A stretch of DNA of 64,000 nt, taken from Octopus sinensis. Lineage: Eukaryota. Of the stretch, positions 25,251-38,309 are shown one piece after another. Positions within the stretch are counted from its first letter, which is position 1. Each line of letters starts with the position of its first letter. The position numbers and the translations under genes were made by a program. The stretch lies in NCBI RefSeq assembly GCF_006345805.1, contig NC_043014.1, positions 25,544,001-25,608,000 on the forward strand, given 5' to 3'. The notes under the pieces were generated by a model. The model was not told the DNA's origin. It worked only from the letters and a program-made list of their open reading frames with translations, and did not search any database.

Positions 25251-27105
25251 TTTTAAAATAAATACCCTGGCACTTGCTACCATCTATATCTCTCTCTTCC
25301 TTTACTCAACCATCTCATTTATATTCTGATCCCCGTTCCTTGTGAGTATGCCTGGCATTTTGCCACCATCTCTATTCTGCTGTTTCTCACTACCTCTTCT
25401 CCTGCATTTCCTTCAGGTTGGGCAACCGTGTATTTTCTTTGCAGTAGCACACCTGTTTCTATCTTCCTTCCAGATATTTCTCTCTCCAGCCAGGTAACCT
25501 TGTATTTCCTCTACAGCAAGACACCTGTATCTGTCTCACTATAACCTTTCCATCATCACCTCCTCCATTGCCTCTTCTTAAAAGTTTTTAATGTCTTGCA
25601 AGTACTTTGTGACCCTGTCAGTGCAGGTGCCACTTAATGTGGTTGGTGTTCGGAAGGGCATCCAGCTGTAAAAACCTTGTAAAAACTGGCCTCACGTGTG
25701 CTTGTGTCACATAAAAAGCACAACTCACCTTGCCTGTGCCATGTAAAAAGCACTAAGTCCTCTCTGCTGAGTGGTTGGTGTTAGGTAGGGCATCCAGCTG
25801 TAGAAATCTTGTCAATACAGTCACAGAAGTCTGGTGCAGGCTTCAGCCTGGCTGGCTCTTGTGGTACTATCCCACCCATGGAAGATGGATATTAAACAAT
25901 GATGATGTTGATGATGATGAATCCTTGATTAAAATTATGATTAATAGCAAAATTTTAGCAGCTAAGTGAACGGTTATTAAAATTTTAACAACTTACCACT
26001 GTAAATATATATGGATGAATTCATATTTGTGGTGATCAGTTTAGCCATTCAATAAATATGTAATGGATAAAATAAGTAACAGACTCAAATAAGTCAATAT
26101 AATTAACTAAAATCTTTTGAAGGCAGTGCCTCAACATGTCTGCAGTCCAATTACCAAAACCAATAAAAAATAGTAGAGTACACACTAGTCTAGTGTAGTA
26201 AATATCACCATTATCATTTTGCATTTATTTCCCATGCAAACAGGTCATTACAATCCTAGTCATTTCTTATTTGCCCTCTTGGACAGTTCTCCAAACTGTC
26301 CAAGTTCAAAGAATCACTTGTACTGCTAATTTTTGGTTTGGTTTCTATGGCTTGATGTACTATCTGTTATCAACCACTCTATGGAGTGCACTGGATGCAT
26401 TTTATCATGACACCAACACTACAATGTCTCCATTTGTTCACTAACCACTTTACAGAGTGTACTGGTTGCATTTTAGAGTGGCACCGACACTCATGAAGTT
26501 TTATACAACATAAAATCAATGAGCCTTCACTGTATAGAGTTAAAAATTGACTAATTTTTCTTTACTTCAAAATTCCCATCATCAAATTCTTGAACAGATA
26601 GCTTAACAATGATTAATTTTTATCTGGATGAAAAAATTCTTCAATGCTTTATTAATATACCATCTAATGAATGACGCTCTAATGAGAAAATCCAAATAAT
26701 GGAAAACGAATTAACTTTGATAATAACATATTTTTTATGGTTTGGTTAGAAGAGTAAGGACCATTTTCATAATCTTTTGATGGGCTTTGGAAATAGGTGG
26801 TGGGGAAGAGTTGAAAGAACCACAACTCAAGGGTTGCCGCTAGAGGAAGAAATGCATCATGAAATACTGTTATCAGCAGATCTGAATGCTTACAACAGAG
26901 TGGACTCTATTATAGGCACTCAATGGCTAAGTGGTGGTGTCAAACTAGATTACTAACAATGCAGCAACTTAGTACTGTCAATATTCAAACTGTCAAAAAT
27001 AATAACAAAATACATCATTTATGCAAACAATATGTTACCTATTATCTGCTCAATATCTCTCAAAAATAGATCACAGAAATAAGAAAGAAAAGAAAGATTG
27101 CTTAC

Positions 27106-27141
27106 TTGGTTGTTTCTTTTCCGCATCATACCAGTGACTGT
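27106..27141 (-). CDS. AGK: Acylglycerol kinase, 36-nt small exon (phase 0 to phase 0)
   Basis: Acceptor CTCTCTATTGCCTGCTTACAG|, donor |GTAAGC. TVTGMMRKRNNQ aligns with VVTGVLRRTDE and fills the gap between the 49061 and 21827 exons. Confidence 0.85.
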
Positions 27142-27734
27142 CTGTAAGCAGGCAATAGAGAGAATGAGGAATAAAAGAGAATAAATGTACAGTTAAATGT
27201 AATCTTGAGAGTACTGTAAAAATATGTACATAATATACACCTTGAATTTTGGGCTTAAACTGTCTTAAAACCCTACAAAACAATGTATAACATACAATGT
27301 AGTACAACTGCTTCAAGAATAAATAAGTAATAATAATCCAATATATTTGTTTCTAATACTTAATATTATATATAATACACTGATATAAAATAAAAACAAT
27401 TGAAAAAAATAGCGTATTGTTACATTATTATTGTTTTTCTAAATAAACGTGTGTTGGACAAGAATATACTCGTATCATCATTGTTTTAAAGTCCACTTTT
27501 CCACGCTTGCATAGGTCGAATGGAATTTGTTGGGAATAGATTTTCCAAACCCAGATGCCCTTGTCGCCAACCCTCACTTGTTTCCAAGTAAGATAATACT
27601 TCCCCATGACCAAACATATTTTTACAGAAATTTGAAAATGATGGTGACACTCATTTACAACCATTACATGAAGTCAAATCAAAGAGACAGTAACATACAT
27701 GTATGTTCAGAAGTATAGTTGTTAGAAGAATAGG

Positions 27735-28160
27735 AAGGAGAAACTTCAAAGAGCTATTACCTCCATAGGTAACAAAAGGTTTTTGTGACCTCAGTGAAAG
27801 GCAGATTATATGATGCTTGTAAACAAATAGCAATGCTACAGGGTAGTGAAACATGGGCTGTGAATGCAGAGGACATGTGAAGACTTGAAAGGAATGAAAC
27901 TAGCATGTTCTGCTGGATGTGCATAAGAAGTATCAGATGTTTCAAGCAAGAGAGATGACTGTGCTGGTATGGTCATGTGATGTGGATTGATGAGGATAGC
28001 TGCATAAAGAAGTGTTAATCACTAAATGCAGATAGAACCCGTGGAAGGGGAAGACCCAGGAAGATGTGAGATGAAGTAATTGAGAATGGCCTTCAGAGAT
28101 TGAGACAAAAGACCAAGATGATTAGTAATTTACTGTGTTTGAGAAGACCCCGCCAGCTAA
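27735..28160 (+). mobile_element. Old RTE RT C-terminal fragment
   Basis: Degenerate match to YDACVRTAMLHGSETWAV...CGRGRPRKTW of the better-preserved copies. Confidence 0.7.
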
Positions 28161-30220
28161 GTAAAAATGAGGCCTTAAAAATATATCATATATGTCTATG
28201 CTCCTGCACTTGATCTGTCCCTGATGAATATCTCTCCACTACCACAATTCATCTTCTTAACACTTGCCCCCCCCCCCACACACACACACACACACAATTC
28301 ATCTTCAGAACACCCTCCCTACAGCACTATTCATTCAGCTGCTGTAATTGAGAGAAGGACTGCACATATTTTATCTGCCTACCACTCACCCTTCTTGGAA
28401 CCATTTCCTTTCTCTCATGCATTCTCAGTATCATCCCTTACCACTTTATTTCCAGGGCTATAATGGAATTCACATTTAGAATTGTTAAATTGAATTTTTC
28501 CCTGTAAGTTTGGAATCATATTCCATACTATTATTATTGTAATATTTATATTTATATTTATAACTAATGTTTATCAATTGTATTTAACTCTCAATTTCAT
28601 TAGTTATGGAACTTACAGGTAAGATAGAACCGCTATTTTGGAATTCATCTTTGAAGGATATTCCTATACCATTTAGAAAAGAATATATTTTGAAACTTAT
28701 TAATAATATTAAAGATTTTATTAATAGGATTAAATGGAAAGCCTACTATAATAATTGTAACATATCTAATATTAACGATGTAGAGAATACTAATCATATT
28801 AATTCAAAATTTAAATCTAGAAAGGAACTCCCATATAATAGGGATATACAGGTTTTAGAGGATAATATTTGGAAGGTGGTGAAAAATATTAAATTTCATA
28901 AATACCCAAATAGACATAATGAATATTTAAGAAATCTAGCTATTAGAATAAAAGAAATGTGAAATATGGAAGGAATTATAGTACAATCAGATAAAACTAG
29001 GAACCTGTATAAACTAGATGTTAAATGATATGATAACCTATTAGAAAAAGAAACAAACAAAAAATATAAATTTGTTCCAGAAAATAGCCTTTATAATATA
29101 AATAAGGCCGCTAAATTAATCATGATGAAATATAAGTTAGATAATAAAACTGTATCTTATGTACCTGTGCACTCTAGAATGCACTTTAAAAAGACCATAA
29201 GGATAATTTTTATTCTGACCCAAAAGTTGGACTTATTTGTCCATGTAAATCAGATCAAGGTAAATTAAATAAGATCATTTTAGATAAATATATTAATAGA
29301 TTAAATGAAATTAATTACCTTAAACTTTGGACTAGTACTAATGATACTTTAAAATGGTTTAATAATACTAAATATCAAAATAGATATAAATTCATTCAAA
29401 TAGATATATATAATTATTATTATTCTATTAATGAGATTGTAATCAATAAGGCCCTTATTTATGCAATGAATAAGGTAGGAATGACTTATGATGAAGTTAA
29501 TATAGTTAAAACGGCTAGGAAATTGTTAATTAGATATAATAATAAATTGTGGGCAAGGAAGGATACTAGGGGCTATTTTGATATACCTATGGGGGCACCC
29601 AATTCTGCAACTGATTTAGTGGGTATTTATTTATTATCGGAACTTCAATTAGAAAAATTAAAGATGGAGGGTGGTTTATATAGGGATGACCTTTTATTAA
29701 TAACTAAGAATTGCACCAATAGAACACTAAAATTATATAAGAAGAAACTATATAGTTTTTTTTAAAAGATATGGATCGATTATTACTAAATATAATGAGA
29801 ACTATAATGTAAATTATTTAGAAGCTAATTTTAATTTAATAACAGGTAAAACCCAACCATTCCATAAAATTAATGAAAACCTTAGATATATTAATGCTAA
29901 TAGTAATCGTCCACTCTCAATTAAGAAATCGTTGACAGATAATTATAGGTAAAAGAATATTCTTGCTTTCTTCTAATTTTGAGATTTTCCAAAAACACGC
30001 ACCTTATTATAATGAAGCCTTGCGGGAGGTAGGATATAATGATAATAATATAAATGATTCCTATATTTTTTATAAAAATGAACCTAACACTAAGAATTAT
30101 GATAAGTTTTATTTAGGTAAGTATGGTATTAATAATAGGTATTATGATAATACAAAACATAAATATAACAATAGACTAAAAAATAAGATTAAATTTAATT
30201 CATTTAATGATAATAATAAA

Positions 30221-31227
30221 TCTATATATATAAAACTGTAGTTGTGTGAGTGTCTGTCCCCTTCGATTTAAATTCCTAACTACTCCCACATTTTGCGGTG
30301 CAGTTTAACCAAATTCGGGTATCTTATAGTCGTGATTCATGTCGAGCCCGTCTGGGTATTAGCGCGCGTCTACGATGAGTCTACGATTTAAAAAATAATT
30401 TAACATCATTTTTTTCCATTTTTAATGCATTTTTTTGCTATTTTTTGGCTATAACTCTCTAAAAATGTCTACGATGAGTCAACGATTTAAAAAAAATTTA
30501 CTATAATTTTTTTTCCATTTTAACGCATATTTTTTCGTGTGTCGATGGCGGCGGAGTTGGCGTCCATGTTCACACCTGCACCTGTGTTGCTTCTCCCCCT
30601 TCTTCCCTCCCTCGTGAAGCTGTGGGGAAGGGAGTGTAAGGAAATCAACGTCGTAAAGCATTGTCAAGGAGACCAGCGTTCTTTTAGAACAACAACTTCA
30701 TGGCTTGAAGTCACCAAAACAGAAATCGCTAAAACAGCTGAAACAGATCCACAAAAACGGCAAAAACCGCCACACAGGGCAGGTTTCCTGTGCAAACAAT
30801 TTGCACAACCGAATGTTTTAGTTGTTGCACAAATCTTTATATACAAAAGTGAAGTTGTGTGTCTGTCTCCTACGATTTAGATTCCTAACTACTCCCACAT
30901 TTTGCGGTGCAGTTTAACCAAATTCGGGTATCTTATAGTCGTGATTCATATCGAGCCCTTCTGGGTATTAGCGCACGTCTACGATGAGTCTACAATTTTA
31001 AAAATAATTTACCATCATTTTTTCCATTTTAATGCATTTTTTTGCTATTATATAAGGGAAGTAACTCTCTAAAAATGTCTACGATGAGTCAACGATTTAA
31101 AAAAAATTTACTATAATTTTTTTTCCATTTTTAATGCATTTTTTTGCTATTTTTTGGCTATAACTCTCTAAAAATGCTTTATAGTTATTTCCCTTACAAA
31201 CCGAGCAACGCCGGGCAATACTGCTAG
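30221..31227 (+). mobile_element. Non-autonomous Helitron-like element with duplicated 5' module
   Basis: A|TCTATATATATAAAA start, subterminal CCGAGCAACGCCGG hairpin, CTAG|T end, inserted between A and T with no TSD. A second 5'-like start A|TCTTTATATACAAAA at 30834 repeats the first ~300 bp. Confidence 0.8.
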
Positions 31228-31258
31228 TTTAATATAAAAAATAAATATAATATAAATA

Positions 31259-34200
31259 CCGCTACAGGAAGTCCAAAATTTTCTCATCCTTGTTGTCTCC
31301 CATGTACACGTCTGTCTCCCATGTACACGTCTGTCTCCCATGTACACTTCACATCCCTGTTGTCTCCCATGCCCACTTCAAGGTCTTACGCCACCTGCTC
31401 CTCCTTCCATAAATGGTAGTGGTCATTCATTGCAAGATATATTCGTAACATACGCGGTTTGAACTTAGGTTTAATTGTCTGTTTATGAATCCTGCCAAAC
31501 GCGAGTTTTCTTTTCAGGTTCATGATGCTACTAGGTCCAATGCCTCCCACTCCCTCAGGATTGGCACCCTCAATGTTGGCACACTGAAAGGCAGATCTGG
31601 CGAGATCGTTGAATTGCTTGAACGGAGGTGTGTGGATATATGCTGTATTCAAGAGGTGAGGTGGAGAGGAGGTTCTGCTAGGTTCCTCACAGGTAAATGA
31701 CAGAGGTACAAGATTTTCTGGGCTGGAAATACGGAAGGGTTCGGGGGAGTGGGTATGCTTATTGCCGAAAAATGGGTAGGTAAGGTAATCGAGGTAGTCA
31801 GAGTATGCGACAGAATACTGAAGATTAGTTTAGTGCTCCATCATAGTTTAGCAACTATTATATCGGCCTATGCCCCTCAGCCAGAGCTACCCGATGGACA
31901 GAAAGACTGTTTCTATGACACCCTACTGCAGACCACCTCATTGACGAACGACAGGGACCTTCTCTTTGTGGCTGGTGACTTCAATGGGCATGTTGGACGA
32001 TATGCTGAGGGCTTCTATGGCGTTCATGGAGGCTATGGTTATGGTTCTTGCAATGAGGAGGGAACCAGGCTGCTGGAGTTCTGTGATGCGAATAGTCTTA
32101 TGGTTTGCAACACTAACTTCAGGAAACCGACAAGCCACTTCGTCACCTACCGTTCGGGCCAGCATACTAGCCAAATCGACTACATCCTTGCCAGAAAAAG
32201 GGAAAGATGGCTGCTTATGAATGCCAAAACCTTCCCAGGCGAAGAATGTACCCCACAACATAGACTGGTAGTCAGTGACTTTAGAATCAGGACTAAGAGG
32301 ACGACCAACATGGAGAAGAAGGGTCTGGAAGCTTAAAGACCCTGCAAATGGACAGAGATTTAGAGACATGTTACTTGAAGCCTTTGACGAAATAGAAGGG
32401 GGTATAGCTACACATGGGGTAGAAGATAACTGGGCGCTTCTAAGGGACAACCTGCTGAAAGCCACTGACCAGATCTGTGGCTGGTGCAAAGTCCCCACAA
32501 GACCCAAAATAACGTGGTGGTGGAACAATACTGTTGATAGGGCTATTAGATAAAAGAAACAGGCTTGGAAGGACTGGAAGAACGGTGGTAGCAGGGAAGT
32601 GTATCAGACTGCAAGAACGGAGGCTAGGAGGCAGGTGTATTTAGCCAGAGGGGAAGCAGATAAGAAAAAATTTGCCAATGTCCTGCGCCATGAAGATGAA
32701 AGACTTGAGGTATTTCGTGTTGCAAGACAGTGTGTGAGAGAGAATCGTGACGTGGTAGGAGAGAAATGTGTTCGCAATGATGACGGCTCACTTGCGCTAA
32801 ATGAGGATGCAAAGAGAGAGGTTTGGAGACGCCACTATGAAAGGTTGCTGAATGAGGAAAATGAATGGGATAAAGAGAGTCTGCCGAATGTTGACCCAAC
32901 AGAGGGACCAGCAATCGGAGTTGACAGTTCCTTAGTAGTTAAGGCAATTACAAGCATGAAAACAGGGAAAGCCCCAGGCCCATGAGGAATTACTGCAGAG
33001 ATGCTCAAAATATCTGGTAGTGCTGGCTATAGCCTAGTCACCCGTATAGTTAACCAGGTGATACACGAAGGAGTCATTCCCAATGACTGGTGTAGCAGCA
33101 AAATAGTCAACTGCTACAAAGGTAAAGGTGGCACCCTAGATACAAATAATTACAGGGGTATCAAGCTGCTAGATCAGGTAATGAAGGTTGCGGAGAGGGT
33201 TATAGCCCAACAAATTAGAGAGAGAGTTAGCTTAGATCAGATGCAGTTTGGGTTCGTGCCAGGGAAAAGTACTACTGATGCTATTTACCTGGTAAGACAG
33301 CTGGCTTTTGTCGATATGGAGAAAGCCTTCGACAGGGTCCCCCGATCCCTTATCTGGTGGTCAATGAGGAAACTAGGGATAGATGAATGGTTAGTGAGAG
33401 CTGTACAAGCCATGTACAGAGACGCTGCTAGTAAGGTGAGGGTTGGCATCGAGTACAGTGAAGAATTCAGAGTAGAGGTTGGGGTCCACCAAGGTTCAGT
33501 CCTCAGTCCCCTCCTATTTATCATAGTCCTCCAGGCAATAACGGAGGAATTCAAGACAGGATGCCCCTGGGAGCTCCTCTATGCTGATGACCTTGCTCTA
33601 GGTTGGGGTCACCAAGGTTCAGTCCTCAGTCCCCTCCTATTTATCATAGTCCTCCAGGCAATAACGGAGGAATTCAAGACAGGATGCCCCTGGGAGCTCC
33701 TCTAAGCTGATGACCTTGCTCTAATTGCTGAGTCACTATCAGAACTGGAGGAGAAGTTTCAGGTGTGGAAGCAAGGTTTAGAATCGAAGGGCCTTAGAAT
33801 CAACCTAGCCAAAACCAAAGTCCTAATAAGTAGGAAGGTAGACCAATCACAAACGCCTTCAGGTAGATGGCCTTGCTCGATCTGTAGAAAAGGCGTAGGT
33901 AGAAACTCTTAAGATGCACCAAATGTAAGCTATGGACACATAAGAGATGTAGTAATGTCAAAGGAAGACTAACTAGGAAAATAGTTTTTATCTGTGGCAG
34001 ATGCTGAGGAGCAATAAACTCTGGAAATATGCAGAGACCAACTTCTATCACATTTCAGGGAGAAAAACTAGAAGTAGTTGATAGCTTCCGCTACCTAGAT
34101 GACCAAGTCAGTAGCGGGGGCGGGTGTGCTGAAAGTGTAACTGCTAGAGTAAGAATAGCCTGGGCAAAGTTTAGAGAGCTCTTACCCCTGCTGGTGACAA

Positions 34201-35539
34201 AAGGCCTCTCGCTCAAAGTAAAAGGCAGACTGTATGATGCATGTGTACGTACAGCCATGCTACATGGCAGTGAAACTTGGGCTGTGACTGCTGAGGATTT
34301 GCGTAAGCTCGCAAGAAATGAAGCTAGTATGCTCCGTTGGATGTGTAATGTCAGTGTTCATAGTCGACGGAGTGTAAGTACCTTTAGAGAAAAGTTGGTC
34401 CTAAGAAGCATCAGATGTTGTGTGCAAGAGAGACGATTGCGCTGGTATGGTCATGTGGCGAGAATGGATGAAGATAGGTGTGTGCAAAAGTGCCACACCC
34501 TGGCAGTTGAGGGAACCTGTGGAAGAGGTAGACCCAGGAAAACCTGGGTCAAGGTAGTGAAGCACGACCTTCGAACTTTAGGTCTCACCAAGGAAATGAC
34601 CAGAGACCGAGACCTATGGAAGTATGCTGTGCACGAAAAGACCCGGCAAGACCAGTGAGAACAACCAAAATCAAACCAAATCAAATCATATATCAGAAAG
34701 CAGAACCAAAATTGAGGTCGATCAACATCAGTGGGAATTGCAGCTGTGGTTAAGCGAACCATCCGTTCGTATCTGCTGCCAGCCCCGCCTGGCCCCCATG
34801 CCGGTGACACGTAAAAGCACCATCCGTTCGTGGCCGTTGCCAGCTCTGTCTGGCCCCCGTGTCGGTGGCACGTAAAAGCACCATCCGTTCGTGTCTGTTG
34901 CCAGCCTCGCCTGGCCCCCGCGCCGGTGACACGTAAAAGCACCATCTGTTCGTGGCCGTTTGCCAGCTCTGTCTGGCCCCATGTCGGTGGCACGTAAAAG
35001 CACCATCCGTTCGTGTCCGTTGCCAGCCTCGCCTGGCCCCCGTGCCAGTGACACGTAGAAGCACCATCCGTTCGTGGCCATTTGCCAGCTCTGTCTGGCC
35101 CCAGTGTCGGTGGCACGTAAAAGCACCATCAGTTCATGTCCATTGCCAGCCTCGCCTGGCCCCCGTGCCGGTGATACGTAAAAGCACCATCCGTTCATGG
35201 CCGTTTGCCAGCTCTGTCTGGCCCCCGTGTCGGTGGCACATAAAAGCACCATCCGTTCGTGTCCGTTGCCAGCATCGCCTGGCCCCGTGCCAGTGACACG
35301 TAAAAGCACCATCCGTTCGTGGCCGTTTGCCAGCTCTGTCTGGCACCTGTGCAGGTGGCACGTAAAAAGCACCCACTACACTCACGGAGTGGTTGGCGTT
35401 AGGAAGGGCATCCAGCTGTAGAAACACTGCCAGATCTGACTGGGCCTGACGAAGCCTTCCAGCTTCACAGACCCCAGTTGAACCGTCCAACCCATGCTAG
35501 CATGGAAAGCGGACGATGATGATGATGATGATGATGATG
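31259..35539 (+). mobile_element. Near full-length RTE LINE (APE + RT), inactivated
   Basis: LRIGTLNVGTLKG, QEVRW, AYAPQ, GDFNGHVG, SQIDYIL, SDHR-like PQHRLV, RT LYADD, stop at 34658. Several in-frame stops, a deletion near 33300 and a 124-bp tandem duplication. (GAT)n tail. Confidence 0.95.
34758..35370 (+). repeat. ~61-bp minisatellite, 10 units in strictly alternating A/B order, in the RTE 3' UTR
   Basis: AAGCACC recurs about every 61 bp; A units CCAGCC(T/C)CGCCTGG...GTGACAC alternate with B units CCAGCTCTGTCTGG...GTGGCAC. Confidence 0.9.
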
Positions 35540-35787
35540 AATAAGAGCAAAATTTGGTTAATTATTCCTTATGGAGCTCAAGTTAAAACAAACATTATTT
35601 AAGAGAATTTAAATATAATTGAAGTATTCATTAGAGATAAAAAATATAGTAACATTTTATCTAGTAATAATTTTGGAGTTGGTTATTCTAATACTAATAA
35701 TGTTGGTAACATTATTTCTTCTTTTAATAAATTTAAGCTGAATAAGCTTTACAAGAACAAATAAAATAATTATTCCAATAATAAAGA

Positions 35788-38309
35788 AACAAGCTTGGAA
35801 GGACTGGAAGAACGGTGGTAGCAGGGAAGTGTATCAGACTGCCAGAAGGGAAGCTAGGAGGCAGGTGTATTTAGCCAGAGGGGAAGCAGATAAGAAAAAA
35901 ATTTGCCAATGTTCTGCGTCGTGAGGATGAAAGACTTGAGGTATTTCGTGTTGCAAGACAGTGTGTGAGAGAGAATCGTGATGTGGTAGGAGAGAAATGT
36001 ATTCGCATGAATGATGGTTCACTTGCGCTAAATGAGCATGCAAAGAGAGAGGTTTGGAGACGCCACTATGAAAGGTTGCTGAATAAAGAAAATGAATGGG
36101 ATAAAGAGAGCCTGCCGAATGTCGACCCAACAGAGGGACCAGCTATCCGAGTTGACAGTTCCTTGGTAGTTAAAGCAATTAGAAGCATGAAGACAGGGAA
36201 AGCCCCAGGCCCATCAGGAATTACTGCAGAGATGCTCAAAATATCTGGTAGTGTCGGCTATAGCCTAGTCACCCGTATAGTTAACCAGGTGATACACGAA
36301 GGAGTCATTCCCAATGACTGGTGTAGCAGCACCATTGTCAACTGCTACAAAGGTAAAGGTGACGCCCTAGATACAAATAATTACAGGGGTATCAAGCTGT
36401 TGGATTAGGTAATGAAGGTTACGGAGAGGGTCAAAGCCCAACTAATTAGAGAGAGAGTTAGTTTAGATGAGATGCAGTTTGGGTTCGTATCAAGGAAAAG
36501 TACTACTGATGCTATATTCCTGGTAAGACAGCTGCAGGAGAAATACCTAGCCAAAGACAAGCCCCTGTACCTGGCTTTTGTTGACATGGAGAAAGCCTTC
36601 GACAGGGTCCCCGGATCCCTTATCTGGTGGTTAATGAGGAAACTAGGGATAGATGAATGGCTAGTGAGAGCTGTGCAAGCCATGTACAGGGACGCTGCTA
36701 GTAAGGTGAGGGTTGGCACTGAGTACAGTGAAGAATTCCGGGTAGAGGTAGGGGTCCACCAAGGTTCAGTCCTCAGCCCCCTCCTATTTATCATAGTCCT
36801 CCAGGTAATAATGGAGGAATTCAAGACAGGATGCCCCTGGGTGCTCCTCTATGCTGATGACCTTGCTCTAATTGCTGAGTCACTATCAGAACTGGAGGAG
36901 AAGTTTCAGGTGTGGAAGCAAGGTTTAGAATCAAAGGGCCTTAGAGTCAACCTAGCTAAAACCAAAGTTCTAATAAGTAGGAAGGTAGACAAATCACAAA
37001 CGCCTTCAGGTAGATAGCCCTGCTCGATCTGTAGAAAAGGCGTAGGTAGAAACTCTATAAGATGCACCAAGTGTAAGCTATGGACACATAAAAGGTGCAG
37101 CAATGTCAAAGGAAGGCTAACTAGGAAAATAGTTTTTGTATGTGGCAGATGCTCAGGAGCAATAAACACTGAAAATGTGCAGAGACCAACTTCCACCACA
37201 TTCCAGGGAGAAAAGCTAGGAATAGTTGATAGCTTCCGTTACCTAGGTGACCAAGTCAGTAGCAGGGGCGGGTGTGCTGAAAGTGTAGCTGCTAGAGTAA
37301 GAATAACCTGGGCAAAGTTCAGAGAGCTTTTACTCCTGCTCTCACTCAGAGTAAAAGGCAGACTGTATGATGCATGTGTACGAACAGCCATGCTACATGG
37401 TAGTGAAACTTGGGCTGTGACTGCTGAGGATATGTGTAAGCTTGCAAGAAATGAAGCTCTGATGGATGTGTAATGTCAGTGTTCGTACTCGACAGAGTGT
37501 AAGTACCTTGAGAGAAAAGTTGGACCTAAGAAGCATCAGTTGTGGTGTGCAAGAGAGACATTTGCGCTGGTATGGTCATGTGACAGGAATGGATGAAGAT
37601 AGTTGTGTGAAAATGTGCCACACCCTAGCGGTCGAGGGAACCTGTGGAAGAGGTAGACCCAGGAAAACCTGGGACGAGTTGGTGAAGCACGACCTTCGAA
37701 CTTTAGGTCTCACTGAGGAGAGTGAGACCGAGACCTTTGGAAGTATGCTGTGCGTGAGAAGACCTGGCAGGACAAGTGATTCCATAACCTATGGCCTCTA
37801 CCTGGGATGTAGCCAGTCCACTTATGCATACCTTCCTTCTTGGGACACAAAACTCTACTTGTGAAGACCTGTTGAGGCAAGTGAAAATCGAAATCGATCA
37901 ACATCAATGGAATTTGTAGCTGTGATACCAGTGCTGGGGGCACGTAAGCAAACCATCCAAACGTGGCCTTTGCCAGCCTTGCCTAGCCCCTTTGCCGGTG
38001 GCACGTAAAAAGCACCATCTGATCGTGGCCGTTGCCAGCCTCGCCTGGTCCCTGTGCTGGTGGCACATAAAAAGCACCATCCGACCGTGGCCGTTTGCCA
38101 GCCCCGTCTGGCACCTGTGCTGGTGGCACGTAAAAAGCACCCACTACACTCATGGAGTGGTTGGCGTTAGGAAGGGCATCCAGCCGTAGAAGCATTGCCA
38201 GATCAGACTGGGCCTGGTGCAGTCTTCTGGCCTCCCAGACACCAGTTGAACCGTCCAAACCCATGCTAGCATGGAAAGTGGATGCTAAATGATGATGATG
38301 ATGATGATG
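35788..38309 (+). mobile_element. 5'-truncated RTE LINE
   Basis: RT ORF pieces 35965-37017; (GAT)n tail; 8-bp TSD AATAAAGA at 35780-35787 and 38310-38317. Confidence 0.95.

Noticed and set aside
31259-31480. HDV-like ribozyme at the RTE 5' end (known for some RTEs)
   Set aside because: I could not build a P1/P2/P3/P1.1 pseudoknot by eye; only a 19-bp tandem repeat is evident, and the copy may be 5'-truncated.
34758-35370. CRISPR-like or coding interpretation of the 61-bp array and its overlapping ORFs
   Set aside because: No unique spacers; the ORFs are by-products of a GC-rich repeat in the RTE 3' UTR.
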